Notes: generated by a model from the letters alone, not told the origin. Positions 1 through 8,450 are shown, counted from the stretch's first letter. The stretch: DNA of 64,000 nucleotides from Acidimicrobiia bacterium (GCA_051002235.1 JBPCMN010000023.1:1999-65998), one strand, 5' to 3'. Translations and numbers: made by a program.

Positions 1-494
1 TCGCAGGTCTCGCCGGCCGGGAACGGCTCGATCTCGCCGACCAGGGCCCCGCCCAGGAGCCGGTCCTCGTCGAGGGCGCCCTCGTCGTCGAGCGGGAGGT
101 CGGCGGCCGGGCCCCGGACGATCACAAGCTCGTGGGGCTCCTCGCCGGTGTTCTCGGCCACGAACGCGACGGGACCCGCGGAGGCGGTCGCGGTGCTGGG
201 CACGATCGCCCACTCATTCAGCTCGACGTCGACGGTGATGGCGGCAGTGCTCATGTCGCCGACCGGCCGGCACTCGATCTCGCCGCCCTCGCCCGAGCCT
301 GAACCCGAGCCGGACCCGGAGCCGCTGCCGGACCCGGAGCCGCTGCCGGACCCGGAGCCACTGCCGGACCCGGACCCGGAACCGGATCCGCCGCCCACCT
401 CGCGGACGCCGCCGCCGTCGTCGGCGCCGCATCCGGTGAACGCCGGCATCGCCAGCGCGACCAGGCCGACGGTCAGGACGGTACGAGTTCGCAT
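1..494 (-). CDS. Lipoprotein (partial; 3' end runs off the window) with a (Gly-Ser)16 linker and a cupredoxin-like (EfeO N-terminal / Cupredoxin_1-like) domain
   Basis: Absent from the ORF track because there is no stop in the window. Minus-strand translation from ATG at 492-494: MRTRTVLTVGLVALAMPAFTGC (signal peptide plus lipobox), GADDGGGVREVGG, (GS)16, GEGGEIECRPVGDMSTAAITVDVELNEWAIVPSTATASAGPVAFVAENTGEEPHELVIVRG... The last part resembles single-domain cupredoxins of iron-uptake proteins. Confidence 0.6.
   Translation of the reverse strand, partial: MRTRTVLTVGLVALAMPAFTGCGADDGGGVREVGGGSGSGSGSGSGSGSGSGSGSGSGSGSGSGSGSGEGGEIECRPVGDMSTAAITVDVELNEWAIVPSTATASAGPVAFVAENTGEEPHELVIVRGPAADLPLDDEGALDEDRLLGGALVGEIEPFPAGETC
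294..389 (-). repeat. 96-nt Gly-Ser dipeptide-coding microsatellite, including three tandem 18-nt units
   Basis: Plus-strand units GGACCCGGAGCCGCTGCC at 312-329 and 330-347, and GGACCCGGAGCCACTGCC at 348-365. The whole tract encodes 16 consecutive GS dipeptides on the minus strand. Confidence 0.9.
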
Positions 495-1897
495 GGTGGT
501 GCCTCCCTGCGTTCGGGTTCGGGTTCGAGTTTCGGTTGGACCTGGGTCGATGGAGCCTGCCGTACCGAGCGCAGCCCGGTGAGCGCGAGGAGAAGGAGCG
601 CGCCGTACCAGAGCGCCGAGAGCCCGGCGGTGCCCGCCGGGAGCCGGCCGTCGGGGAGCAGGTGTCGCGCCAGCCGGTAGACCGGGGCGGTGCTCGTCTC
701 GAAGTCGTCGACGAGGGTGAGCCCGGCCAGACCCTCCACCACGAGCCACGCGAACGTGAGCGCGCCGAGCACGGCGCCGGCCGCGAGCCACGGCCGGACC
801 GCTTCGACGCGCCCGGCCCACCAGGCGACCGCGAGCACGAGGCATGGGATCACGACCACCAGCTGGCGCCCGGGCCAGGCCCACTCGTGCATGGACAACG
901 CGACGAACGTCGCGGTCAACCAGCCCGCCGTCAGCGGCGCGGCCAGCGCGCTCCAGCCCCGCGGGCGGCGGCGGACGAGGGCGGCGAACGCCGGCACCGC
1001 GAGCAGGAACGCCGGCTGCCACGCCGCCAGGCCGAAGCTCCGATCTACGAGCAGCCCCGTCAACCGGTGCGCCCGCCCCCCGTAGTCGGGGGCGAAACCG
1101 ACGGCAGTGAACTCACCGTTCACGAAGTGGTCGCCGGCGGAATAGGCGGTCCACCCCCCGTACCACGCCTGGTGGGCGACGAGGTAGACGGCGGCGGCCG
1201 CGCCGAGGCCCACGGCGAAACCGGTGAGGGCGCGCCGGTCCCGGGGCCAGAGCCGGGATGCACCGACGGCGACGAGTGCGGCCGCGATCGGCAGGTACTT
1301 CACCGCCAGCCATGGCAGGCCAACGACGGCCACGCTCAGCAGCACGACGGCGCGCCGGTCGAGCGGGGCGGCGAGCGCGCCGATCGCGACGGTCACCGCC
1401 AGCGCGGCCGGCAGCTCGGGATAGACGTGCGTCCCGTACACCGCGAGCGGCGCCGCCAACGAGTACGTCGCGACCGCCAACACCGCCACCGAAAGCGGCA
1501 CATCGAAGCGGCGTACCGCGACCCAGAGCATCGCCGCCGCCAACGCGCCCGCGGTCACGGCCAGCGCGAGCTTCGCTGCGATCCAGCCCCCGAGGAGCGT
1601 CGGGACCGCCAGGAGCGCGGGGAGCAGCGGGTCGTGGGGGCTCACTCGGCTCCCGTCGGACCGCAGCTCCTCCTGGAGCGGGAGCCCTGACTCGTGGAAG
1701 TCGCGGTGGCGCCCGGCGGCGCGCTCGTCGCGCACGTCGAGGCTGTGGTCCTCACCGAGGCTGAGCGCGGTCAGCAAGTACTGGGGTTCGTCGGCGGTGG
1801 TGCGCTCGCCGTCGGTCGCCCGCACCGCGGTGAGCGGCGCGGTCCACACCACCACGCCCGCACCGAGGAGGAGCATCGCCTTCGTCAGCCGGCTCAT
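473..1897 (-). CDS. Polytopic membrane protein, GT-C-fold glycosyltransferase-like (ArnT/PMT-like)
   Basis: Track ORF 473..2164 trimmed to MSRLTKAMLLLGAG... (ATG 1895-1897, ATGA overlap with the permease stop). It has many hydrophobic helices and an acidic first-loop motif TADEPQYLL like the DE/DD motif of GT-C enzymes. Its 3' end overlaps the lipoprotein start by 22 nt. Confidence 0.5.
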   Translation of the reverse strand: MSRLTKAMLLLGAGVVVWTAPLTAVRATDGERTTADEPQYLLTALSLGEDHSLDVRDERAAGRHRDFHESGLPLQEELRSDGSRVSPHDPLLPALLAVPTLLGGWIAAKLALAVTAGALAAAMLWVAVRRFDVPLSVAVLAVATYSLAAPLAVYGTHVYPELPAALAVTVAIGALAAPLDRRAVVLLSVAVVGLPWLAVKYLPIAAALVAVGASRLWPRDRRALTGFAVGLGAAAAVYLVAHQAWYGGWTAYSAGDHFVNGEFTAVGFAPDYGGRAHRLTGLLVDRSFGLAAWQPAFLLAVPAFAALVRRRPRGWSALAAPLTAGWLTATFVALSMHEWAWPGRQLVVVIPCLVLAVAWWAGRVEAVRPWLAAGAVLGALTFAWLVVEGLAGLTLVDDFETSTAPVYRLARHLLPDGRLPAGTAGLSALWYGALLLLALTGLRSVRQAPSTQVQPKLEPEPERREAPPCELVPS

Positions 1898-3540
1898 GCG
1901 TCGAGACGTTCCAGGCGCCGGATCGTGAGCAGCCAGGTCAGGACGCCCGAGAGGGCGACCAGCGCGAGCGCGCTGAGCCCGGCGCGGGCGAAGTAAGCGC
2001 TCTCGGTCGCGCTCCAGATGCGGGTGGCGAGGGTGTCGAAGCCGGTGGGCGCGAGCAGCAGGGTCGCGGGCAGCTCCTTCATCGTCGACAGCAGCACCAG
2101 CCCGGCGCCGGCGCCCAGGCCCGGCAGCATCAGCGGCAGGTCCACCGTGCGCAGCCGGCGCCACCGACCCGACCCGAGCGAACGGGCGGCGTCACCCAAC
2201 CGGCGGGGCACGCCGCTCACCGCGACCTGGGACGCCCGCATCGCCTGGGCGCCAAAGTGCACCACGTACGCGAACACTAGGAGCGGGAACGTCTGGTAGA
2301 GGCCGCCGACCAGAGGCGCCCGCAGCACCCAGAAGACGACCGCCAGCGCGATGACCAGCCCCGGCAGCGCGAAGCCGGCGACCACGAGCGCGTTGGCCAC
2401 CGCGCCCACCCGGCTCTGGTGCCGGGTCGTCAGGTACGTCACCGGCAGCACGACGGCGACGGCGACGACCGCGGTCACGACGGCGATGCCGCCGGTATTG
2501 ACCAGGGGCTGCCACAGGTCCGACCACTCGACGCCTCGGGCGGCGCGGTCCTCGCCGAGGCCGCGCAGGGTCCACTGCGCCAACACCGCGACCGGGGCCA
2601 CGAGCGCGATGCCCACGACGCCGACGACGAGGGCGAGCGCCGGCGCTTTCCATACCCCGAGCGGCGCCTGGAGCGGTCGCCGCCCCGCCGCCACCGCCTC
2701 GGTGTTGACCCGCCGGCGAGACAGGCCGCGCTCCGACATCACCACCACCAGCGCGACCACGGCCAGCAGGAGCCCGAGCGCGAGCGCGGTGGGCGGGTCG
2801 AACAGCCGAGCCGACTCGATGCGGACGGTCAGGGTGTCGTAGCGCAGCAGCGAGACCGCGCCGAAGTCGCTGATGACGTAGAGGAAGACGAGCAACGCCC
2901 CCGCCGCGATCGCGCCAGTCGCCTGCGGGAGCACGAGCGACCGGAACACCTGCGCCGGCGACCGTCCCAGCGACCGGCCGGTCTCCTCGAGTGACGGCGG
3001 GAGCGCCGAGAGGCGCGCCGCCACCGGCAGGTACACGTACGGGTACGACAGGAGCGTGAGGGTCGCGAACGCGGCCCAGTAGCCCCGGACGGGGGGGAGC
3101 GCGTCGAAGCCGAAGAGCTCGTCGAGCAGGCCACCGCGCGCAAAGGCGGCGATGAGCGCGAGGGCGCCGACGAACGACGGGATAACAAGCGGCAGCGCCA
3201 CCAGCACCCGGAAGAGCCGGCGCAGGGGGAGGTCGGTGCGCATGACCAACCAGGCGAGGGTGGTGCCGAGGAGGGCGCAGGCAACCGCGGTGGTCGCAGC
3301 CAGGAGCAGCGTCCGCGTGAGCGGCCCGAGGGCGGTCTCCGAGCGCAGCACCTCGGGCGCGCCGCCCTCCTGGGCGGTCCGCACGACGAGGTACACGAGC
3401 GGTCCGGCGAAGGCGGCCGCGACCACCAGGCTGACCGCGGCCAGTGAAGCCGGGGCTCGGCTCCGGAAGCGACGGGCGGGCGGAGCGGGAGGAAGCGGCG
3501 CCGGAGTGACGGGGCGGTCGGCGACAGTGGCGGTCGTCAT
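1894..3540 (-). CDS. Iron(III) ABC transporter permease (FbpB-type, duplicated permease domain)
   Basis: 548 aa with about 12 TM segments and two ABC permease-like halves. Operon context is an Fe3+-type binding protein and an ATPase. Confidence 0.8.
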   Translation of the reverse strand: MTTATVADRPVTPAPLPPAPPARRFRSRAPASLAAVSLVVAAAFAGPLVYLVVRTAQEGGAPEVLRSETALGPLTRTLLLAATTAVACALLGTTLAWLVMRTDLPLRRLFRVLVALPLVIPSFVGALALIAAFARGGLLDELFGFDALPPVRGYWAAFATLTLLSYPYVYLPVAARLSALPPSLEETGRSLGRSPAQVFRSLVLPQATGAIAAGALLVFLYVISDFGAVSLLRYDTLTVRIESARLFDPPTALALGLLLAVVALVVVMSERGLSRRRVNTEAVAAGRRPLQAPLGVWKAPALALVVGVVGIALVAPVAVLAQWTLRGLGEDRAARGVEWSDLWQPLVNTGGIAVVTAVVAVAVVLPVTYLTTRHQSRVGAVANALVVAGFALPGLVIALAVVFWVLRAPLVGGLYQTFPLLVFAYVVHFGAQAMRASQVAVSGVPRRLGDAARSLGSGRWRRLRTVDLPLMLPGLGAGAGLVLLSTMKELPATLLLAPTGFDTLATRIWSATESAYFARAGLSALALVALSGVLTWLLTIRRLERLDA

Positions 3541-3547
3541 CGCGGCG

Positions 3548-4570
3548 TCAGCCCTGCTCGAGGCCGCTCTGCTCGATGAGGTCCTTCGTGCGGATCAGCT
3601 GGCCGCCCAGGCTGCTGAGGTCGAGGCTGGGCGACTCGATCTCGGACAGGCTCGGCAGGTCCTCGATCACGGGCTCGATGCCGGCCGCCAGCGGGTACTC
3701 CAGCGTCTCCCGAGCGTAGAACTCCTGCGCCTTGCGAGAGAGGAGGAAGCGCACGAGACGTGCCCCATCCTCCTGGCGGTCGCCGGCGGTGTCGAGCACG
3801 GCCGCCGCGGTCACCAGCACCAGGCTCCCGATATCGCCGTTCGGGAACAGGTAGTTCGCGCTGGGAGCGTCGGGGTCCTCGGCCAGGACTTCTTCGTTGT
3901 AGTAGTGGTTCACGAGCCCGAACGGGATCTCTCCCCGACCGACCGCCTCCACGATGGCGATGTTGTTGGCGTAGGTGGGTGCGCGGTTGGCCTCCATCCC
4001 TTCGAGCCAGGCGAACGTCCGGTCGTCGCCGGCGAGCTCGCGCATAGCGGTGACGAAGTCCTGGAACGACGCGTTCGTCGGCGCGATTGCGACGTCGCCC
4101 TCGTAGCGCGGGTCAGTGAGGTCGAAGACCGACTGCGGAAGATCCGATGGGCTCACCGCATCGGTGTTGTAGACGAGCACCCGCACGCGGCCGGAGATGC
4201 CGACCCAACGACCGTCGCCGGAGCGGAACCGCGGCTCGACCTGGTCGAGCGCCTTGACGGGGAGTTGCTCGAGCCGACCGCCGGCGTCGAGGAATCCGAC
4301 GGCGCCCGGGCTCTGGGAGAGGAAGACGTCGGCCGGGGAGCGGTCGCCCTCCTCGTCGATGAGGAGGGCGAGGTCGGCCGAGTCGCCGTAGCGGACGTCG
4401 ATCCCGATCCCGGTCTCGTCGGAGAAATCCTCGAGCAGCGGGGTGATCAGCTCCTCTTGGCGGCCCGAATAGATGGTGAGGCGGTCACCACCCCCGCTCG
4501 TCGAACAGCTTGCGAGGCCGGCCGTCAGCACAGCGGCGGCGAGCAGCGCGGCAACGCCCCGACGGAGCAT
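3548..4570 (-). CDS. Fe(3+) ABC transporter substrate-binding lipoprotein (FbpA/AfuA-like)
   Basis: Signal peptide plus lipobox LTAGLASCS. The pattern LTIYSGRQEELITPLLEDFSDETGIGIDVRYGDSADL...SPADVFLSQSPG is typical of FbpA-family binding proteins. Confidence 0.8.
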   Translation of the reverse strand: MLRRGVAALLAAAVLTAGLASCSTSGGGDRLTIYSGRQEELITPLLEDFSDETGIGIDVRYGDSADLALLIDEEGDRSPADVFLSQSPGAVGFLDAGGRLEQLPVKALDQVEPRFRSGDGRWVGISGRVRVLVYNTDAVSPSDLPQSVFDLTDPRYEGDVAIAPTNASFQDFVTAMRELAGDDRTFAWLEGMEANRAPTYANNIAIVEAVGRGEIPFGLVNHYYNEEVLAEDPDAPSANYLFPNGDIGSLVLVTAAAVLDTAGDRQEDGARLVRFLLSRKAQEFYARETLEYPLAAGIEPVIEDLPSLSEIESPSLDLSSLGGQLIRTKDLIEQSGLEQG

Positions 4571-4602
4571 GGCCGTGAGCCTGACACGACCCCGGACGCT
4601 TG

Positions 4603-4626
4603 TAAAGTTGACCTAACCTTACCTAT
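4603..4626. promoter_or_regulatory. Candidate DtxR/IdeR iron box upstream of the binding-protein gene
   Basis: TAAAGTTGACCTAACCTTA (4603-4621) matches about 13/19 of the TTAGGTTAGGCTAACCTAA consensus. It shares the CCTTACCT core with the box at 5740-5758. Confidence 0.4.
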
Positions 4627-4668
4627 TGCCTCGCTCGCGGCGGGCCCGGATACCCGGCCCGCGGCCGC

Positions 4669-5733
4669 TCACTCGGACGCCAGGTCAGGTGTCAGCTCGT
4701 TGAGCGTGCCGCTTCCGCGGAACGCGATGACCTCGCCGGTCACCGCCACCGAGACCCGGTCCCCGGGCTCGAACGCCCGGACGGGGCCCATCCGCGAGCG
4801 GACTCGCGCGCCGTCCTCCAACCCGACCTCCACCAGCTGGTCGTGGCCGAAGTAGGTGATGCCGCGCACGACGCCCTGGCCGGCACCGTCGAGGCGCAGG
4901 CTGACCCGCTCGGGGCGGAGCGCGACCGCGACGTCGCCGGAGAGGTCGCCGTTCGTCGTGGGCAACCGGCCCACCGCGGTCGTCACCGCGTCGCCGTCGG
5001 CCCGTCCCGGGAGCAGGTCGGCGTCACCCACGAACGTGGCGACGAAGCGGTCGGTGGGATGCGCGTAGAGCGTGCCGGGCTCGTCGACCTGGAGCACGCG
5101 CCCGGCACGCATCACCGCGATGCGGTCGGCGAGGCTGAGCGCCTCCTCCTGGTCGTGGGTCACGAACACCGCGGTCGCGGCCGCGTCGCGCAGGATGGCC
5201 CGGACCTCGCCTCGCACCCGCACCCGGAGCGCGGCGTCCAGGTTCGAGAACGGCTCGTCCAGCAGGATCAGCGCAGGCTCGGGCGCCAGCGCCCGAGCGA
5301 TCGCCACCCGTTGCTGCTGGCCGCCCGACAGCTCGTGGGGCAGGCGGGCCGCCTCCCCGGTCAGGCCGACGAGGTCGAGCATCTCGGCGACGCGGGCGTC
5401 GCGCGCGTTCCGGTCGCGGACCCCATACCCGACGTTCTGGCCGACGGTCAGGTGCGGAAAGAGGGCGTAGTCCTGGAACACGACGCCGACGCGGCGCCGC
5501 TCGGGGGCGACGAAGCGGTCCGACCCCGCCACCTCCTCGCCGTCGAGCACGATGCGCCCGGCGTCGGGCCGCTCGAACCCGGCGACGAGCCGCAGCGTCG
5601 TCGTCTTCCCGCACCCACTGGGCCCGAGGAGGGCAAGGACCTCGCCCTCGCGGACGTCGAGGTCGACGCGGTCGACGGCTCGCACCGCCCCGAAGTCCTT
5701 GGTGAGCTCGCGCAACTCGACGATCGTGCGCAC
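4669..5733 (-). CDS. ABC transporter ATP-binding protein (FbpC/PotA-like, C-terminal TOBE-like domain)
   Basis: Walker A GPSGCGKTT, signature LSGGQQQRVAIARAL, Walker B LILLDEPFS. GTG start at 5731-5733. Confidence 0.9.
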   Translation of the reverse strand: MRTIVELRELTKDFGAVRAVDRVDLDVREGEVLALLGPSGCGKTTTLRLVAGFERPDAGRIVLDGEEVAGSDRFVAPERRRVGVVFQDYALFPHLTVGQNVGYGVRDRNARDARVAEMLDLVGLTGEAARLPHELSGGQQQRVAIARALAPEPALILLDEPFSNLDAALRVRVRGEVRAILRDAAATAVFVTHDQEEALSLADRIAVMRAGRVLQVDEPGTLYAHPTDRFVATFVGDADLLPGRADGDAVTTAVGRLPTTNGDLSGDVAVALRPERVSLRLDGAGQGVVRGITYFGHDQLVEVGLEDGARVRSRMGPVRAFEPGDRVSVAVTGEVIAFRGSGTLNELTPDLASE

Positions 5734-5739
5734 GAATAC

Positions 5740-5758
5740 TTAGGGTAGCCTTACCTCC
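5740..5758. promoter_or_regulatory. Candidate DtxR/IdeR iron box in the divergent ATPase / dtxR-family promoter region
   Basis: TTAGGGTAGCCTTACCTCC matches 14/19 of the TTAGGTTAGGCTAACCTAA consensus. It fills almost the entire 25-nt gap between the two divergent start codons. Confidence 0.55.
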
Positions 5759-6421
5759 GTGGCGGAGATGCACGACACCACCGAGGAGTACCTCGAGACC
5801 ATCCTCGCCATCGAAGAGGAGGGCATCCCCCCGCTGCGCGCCCGGCTGGTCGAGCGCCTCGGGCTCTCCGCCGCCGCGGTCTCGGAGACCGTGAACCGGC
5901 TGGCCGCCCTGGGGTACACGGAGCTCCGGGACGACCGCACGATCCGCCTGACTGACAAGGGGCGCCAGCTCGCCACCACCGTCGTGCGCCGGCACCGGCT
6001 GGCCGAGCGACTGCTCACCGACGTCATCGGGCTGGAGTGGGAGAAGGTGCACCGCGAGGCGGCCCGCTGGGAGCACGCGATCTCGGCCGACGTGGAGGAG
6101 AAGCTCGTCGAGCTGCTCGGCGACCCCGTGACCTGTCCGCACGGCAATCCGATCCCGGGCTCACGGAGAACGGCCAAAGCCACGCCGACCGTTCAGCTGG
6201 CGGCGGCCGAACCTGGTCGGGTGACGATCGCCCGCATCAGCGAGAAGCTCGAGCTCAACGACGACGGGCTGACGCTGCTCGCCCGCGCCCGCCTCATCCC
6301 GGGTGCGACCGCCACCGTCATCGAGCGGGGTGATGGCGGGGTCAAGGTGAAGACGTCGGCGGGCGAGCACACCGTCCCATCTGACGTCGCCGAGCAGATG
6401 TACGTCGCTACCGGCTCCTAG
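5759..6421 (+). CDS. DtxR/IdeR-family metal-dependent transcriptional repressor with a C-terminal SH3-like/FeoA domain
   Basis: MHDTTEEYLETILAIEEEG...RRHRLAERLL...WEKVHREAARWEHAIS...CPHGNPIPG are classical DtxR motifs. The true start may be ATG at 5768. Confidence 0.9.
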   Translation: MAEMHDTTEEYLETILAIEEEGIPPLRARLVERLGLSAAAVSETVNRLAALGYTELRDDRTIRLTDKGRQLATTVVRRHRLAERLLTDVIGLEWEKVHREAARWEHAISADVEEKLVELLGDPVTCPHGNPIPGSRRTAKATPTVQLAAAEPGRVTIARISEKLELNDDGLTLLARARLIPGATATVIERGDGGVKVKTSAGEHTVPSDVAEQMYVATGS

Positions 6422-6427
6422 CTCTCC

Positions 6428-6934
6428 TCAGCTGTCGTTGGGGAGGCGGCGCGCCCACCGCCTCCAGATCGCGGCGTACTCCTGCTCCAGCCGGTCGAGC
6501 CCGGCCTCGAGGGCGCTCACGTTCTCGTCCTCGGGCTCCTTGCCCCGAGCGCGTTTCAACGCCCACGAGATCGGGATCTGGCGCCGGATCTCCTCGATCT
6601 GCGCGTAGGTGGTCTCGGCCTCCTCAATGGCGGCGTCGTCGCGCACGCCCAGCGCCCGGCGCACCAATGCATAGGCGGCCGGCTCGATCCGATCCGGCCC
6701 GAGCACGCCGCCCATTCGGTCGTCGAGGAGGAACAGCTGGCGGTGGAGGCGGCGCACGGTGCGACCGGCGGAGCGCCGGTCGACCTCGGCGATGTCGGCG
6801 TACTTGCGGACCGCGAGCCGATGGGCGTGGTCCTGGCGGAGCCGGTGGGCCAGCCCTCGGTGGTCGGCGATCGCGTCCTCGTGGTTGTCGAGGAACAGCG
6901 CGACGACCTGATCGAGCCCGGAGGCTCCCGTCAC
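6428..6934 (-). CDS. Hypothetical protein (169 aa), translationally coupled to the sulfur-carrier gene
   Basis: Track ORF 6428..7258 trimmed: its N-terminal part is Arg/Pro-rich and overlaps the sulfur-carrier frame. GTG at 6932-6934 overlaps the carrier stop (GTGA). I recognise no family. Confidence 0.55.
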   Translation of the reverse strand: MTGASGLDQVVALFLDNHEDAIADHRGLAHRLRQDHAHRLAVRKYADIAEVDRRSAGRTVRRLHRQLFLLDDRMGGVLGPDRIEPAAYALVRRALGVRDDAAIEEAETTYAQIEEIRRQIPISWALKRARGKEPEDENVSALEAGLDRLEQEYAAIWRRWARRLPNDS

Positions 6935-7206
6935 CCGCCCGCCACCGCGGGGACGATGCTGACGGTCTGGCCGTCGGTGACCGCGGTGTCGAGACCCTGG
7001 AGGAACCGGATGTCCTCGTCGGCGACGAAAACATTCACGAACCGCCGCAGCTCTCCGCTGTCGTCGTGGAGGCGCTCGGCGAAGCCGGGATGGCGCTCCT
7101 CGAGCGCCCCGAGGATCTCGGCCACGGTCTTGCCCTCGACCTGGATCTCGGACGCGCCGCCGGCGAGCTCGCGCAGCTGGGTTGGTATCCGCACCGTGAC
7201 AGCCAC
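6931..7206 (-). CDS. ThiS/MoaD/CysO-family sulfur-carrier protein (beta-grasp, C-terminal Gly-Gly)
   Basis: C-terminal 92 aa of track ORF 6931..7890: VAVTVRIPTQLRELAGGASEIQVEGKTVAEILGALEERHPGFAERL...FVNVFVADEDIRFLQGLDTAVTDGQTVSIVPAVAGG, followed by the stop. The GTG start lies 5 nt after the ThrC-like stop. Confidence 0.8.
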   Translation of the reverse strand: MAVTVRIPTQLRELAGGASEIQVEGKTVAEILGALEERHPGFAERLHDDSGELRRFVNVFVADEDIRFLQGLDTAVTDGQTVSIVPAVAGG

Positions 7207-7211
7207 TGTTG

Positions 7212-8450
7212 CTACTCCTCGTCGATGTGATCTGGGTCGAACGCCTCGTGGAAGGCATCGATGGTGGGACGGATCGTCGCGGTCGGTTCCGCCTCGACCG
7301 CGTCGAGCGTCTTGAGTCCCAAGCCGGTGATGTAGAGGACGACCCGCTCGTCGGGCGTCACGACACCCTCGTCGGCGAGGCGTTTGAGCGAGGCGACGGT
7401 GACGCCGCCGGCGGTCTCGGCGAAGATGCCCTCGGTGCGGGCGAGCAGCCGGATCCCCTCGACGACCTCGCCGTCGCTGACCGCGGCGAGGCCGCCTTCG
7501 GTCTGGCGGACCGCATCGAGGGCAAAGTAGCCGTCGGCGGGGTTTCCGATCGCCAGCGACTTGGCGATCGTGTCCGGCTTGACCGGGCGGATCGTGTCGG
7601 ACCCCTCGCGCCAGGCGGTGGCGACCGGCGAACATCCGAGTGCCTGCGCGCCCGAGACCCGCACGTTCGGGGCGTGGTCGAGCAGGCCGACCTGGTGCAG
7701 CTCGTCGAACCCCTTGCGGATCTTCGTGAGCAACGAGCCGCTCGCGACAGGAACCACGACGTGGTCGGGCGTCTCCCACCCGAGCTGCTCGGCGGTCTCG
7801 TACGCGAGCGTCTTCGACCCCTCGGCGTAGAACGGCCGCACGTTGACGTTCACGAACGCCCACCGATACGTGCCCGCGAGCTCGGCGCACAGCCGGTTGA
7901 CGTCGTCATAGTTCCCCTCGATGGCGACGACATTCCCGCCGTACACCGCGGTCGTGACGACTTTGGCCCGCTCCAGGTTCGACGGAATGAACACGAAGCT
8001 CCGCAGCCCCGCCCGGGCGGCGTGAGCCGCGACGGAGTTGGCGAGGTTCCCAGTCGACGCGCACGCCGCCGTCTTGAACCCGAACTCGAGCGCCTTCGAC
8101 AGCGCGACCGACGCGACCCGATCCTTGAACGAGTTGGTGGGGTTGAGCGTGTCGTTCTTCACCCACACCTCTCCCAGCCCGAGAGCAGCAGCGAGGCGGT
8201 CGGCCCGGACGAGGGGCGTGAAGCCCGCGCCCAGGTCGACGGCGTGGCCCCGGTCGACCGGCAGGAGGTCGGCGTAGCGCCAGATGCTGGCGGGACCGGC
8301 CGCGATTTGCTCGCGGCTGACCGCGGCGGCGACCGCGGCGTAGTCGTACGTGACCTCGAGCGGGCCGAAGCACCACTCGCACGTGTACACCGGGGCAATC
8401 TCGTACTCGCGCCCGCATTCCCGGCACCGAAGTCCTTGGACGTGCGCCAT
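7212..8450 (-). CDS. Threonine-synthase-like PLP enzyme with an N-terminal 4-Cys zinc ribbon
   Basis: PLP-lysine motif TNSFKDRVAS and N-terminal CRECGREYEIAPVYTCEWC. I place the start at ATG 8448-8450 (MAHVQGL...), which has the SD GGAGGAA 2-8 nt upstream, rather than the track start at 8474. Confidence 0.85.
   Translation of the reverse strand: MAHVQGLRCRECGREYEIAPVYTCEWCFGPLEVTYDYAAVAAAVSREQIAAGPASIWRYADLLPVDRGHAVDLGAGFTPLVRADRLAAALGLGEVWVKNDTLNPTNSFKDRVASVALSKALEFGFKTAACASTGNLANSVAAHAARAGLRSFVFIPSNLERAKVVTTAVYGGNVVAIEGNYDDVNRLCAELAGTYRWAFVNVNVRPFYAEGSKTLAYETAEQLGWETPDHVVVPVASGSLLTKIRKGFDELHQVGLLDHAPNVRVSGAQALGCSPVATAWREGSDTIRPVKPDTIAKSLAIGNPADGYFALDAVRQTEGGLAAVSDGEVVEGIRLLARTEGIFAETAGGVTVASLKRLADEGVVTPDERVVLYITGLGLKTLDAVEAEPTATIRPTIDAFHEAFDPDHIDEE

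Noticed and set aside
148-582. Plus-strand ORF encoding a PEPEPEPDPEPLPDPEPLPDPEP repeat protein
   Set aside because: It is the antisense mirror of the (GS)16 linker of a well-formed minus-strand lipoprotein (signal peptide, lipobox, cupredoxin-like domain). The plus-frame product has no start context or domain.
6931-7890. 319-aa track ORF
   Set aside because: Only the C-terminal 92 aa (the ThiS/MoaD-like protein ending in GG) is credible. The rest is Arg/Pro/Gly-rich and overlaps the ThrC-like gene out of frame.
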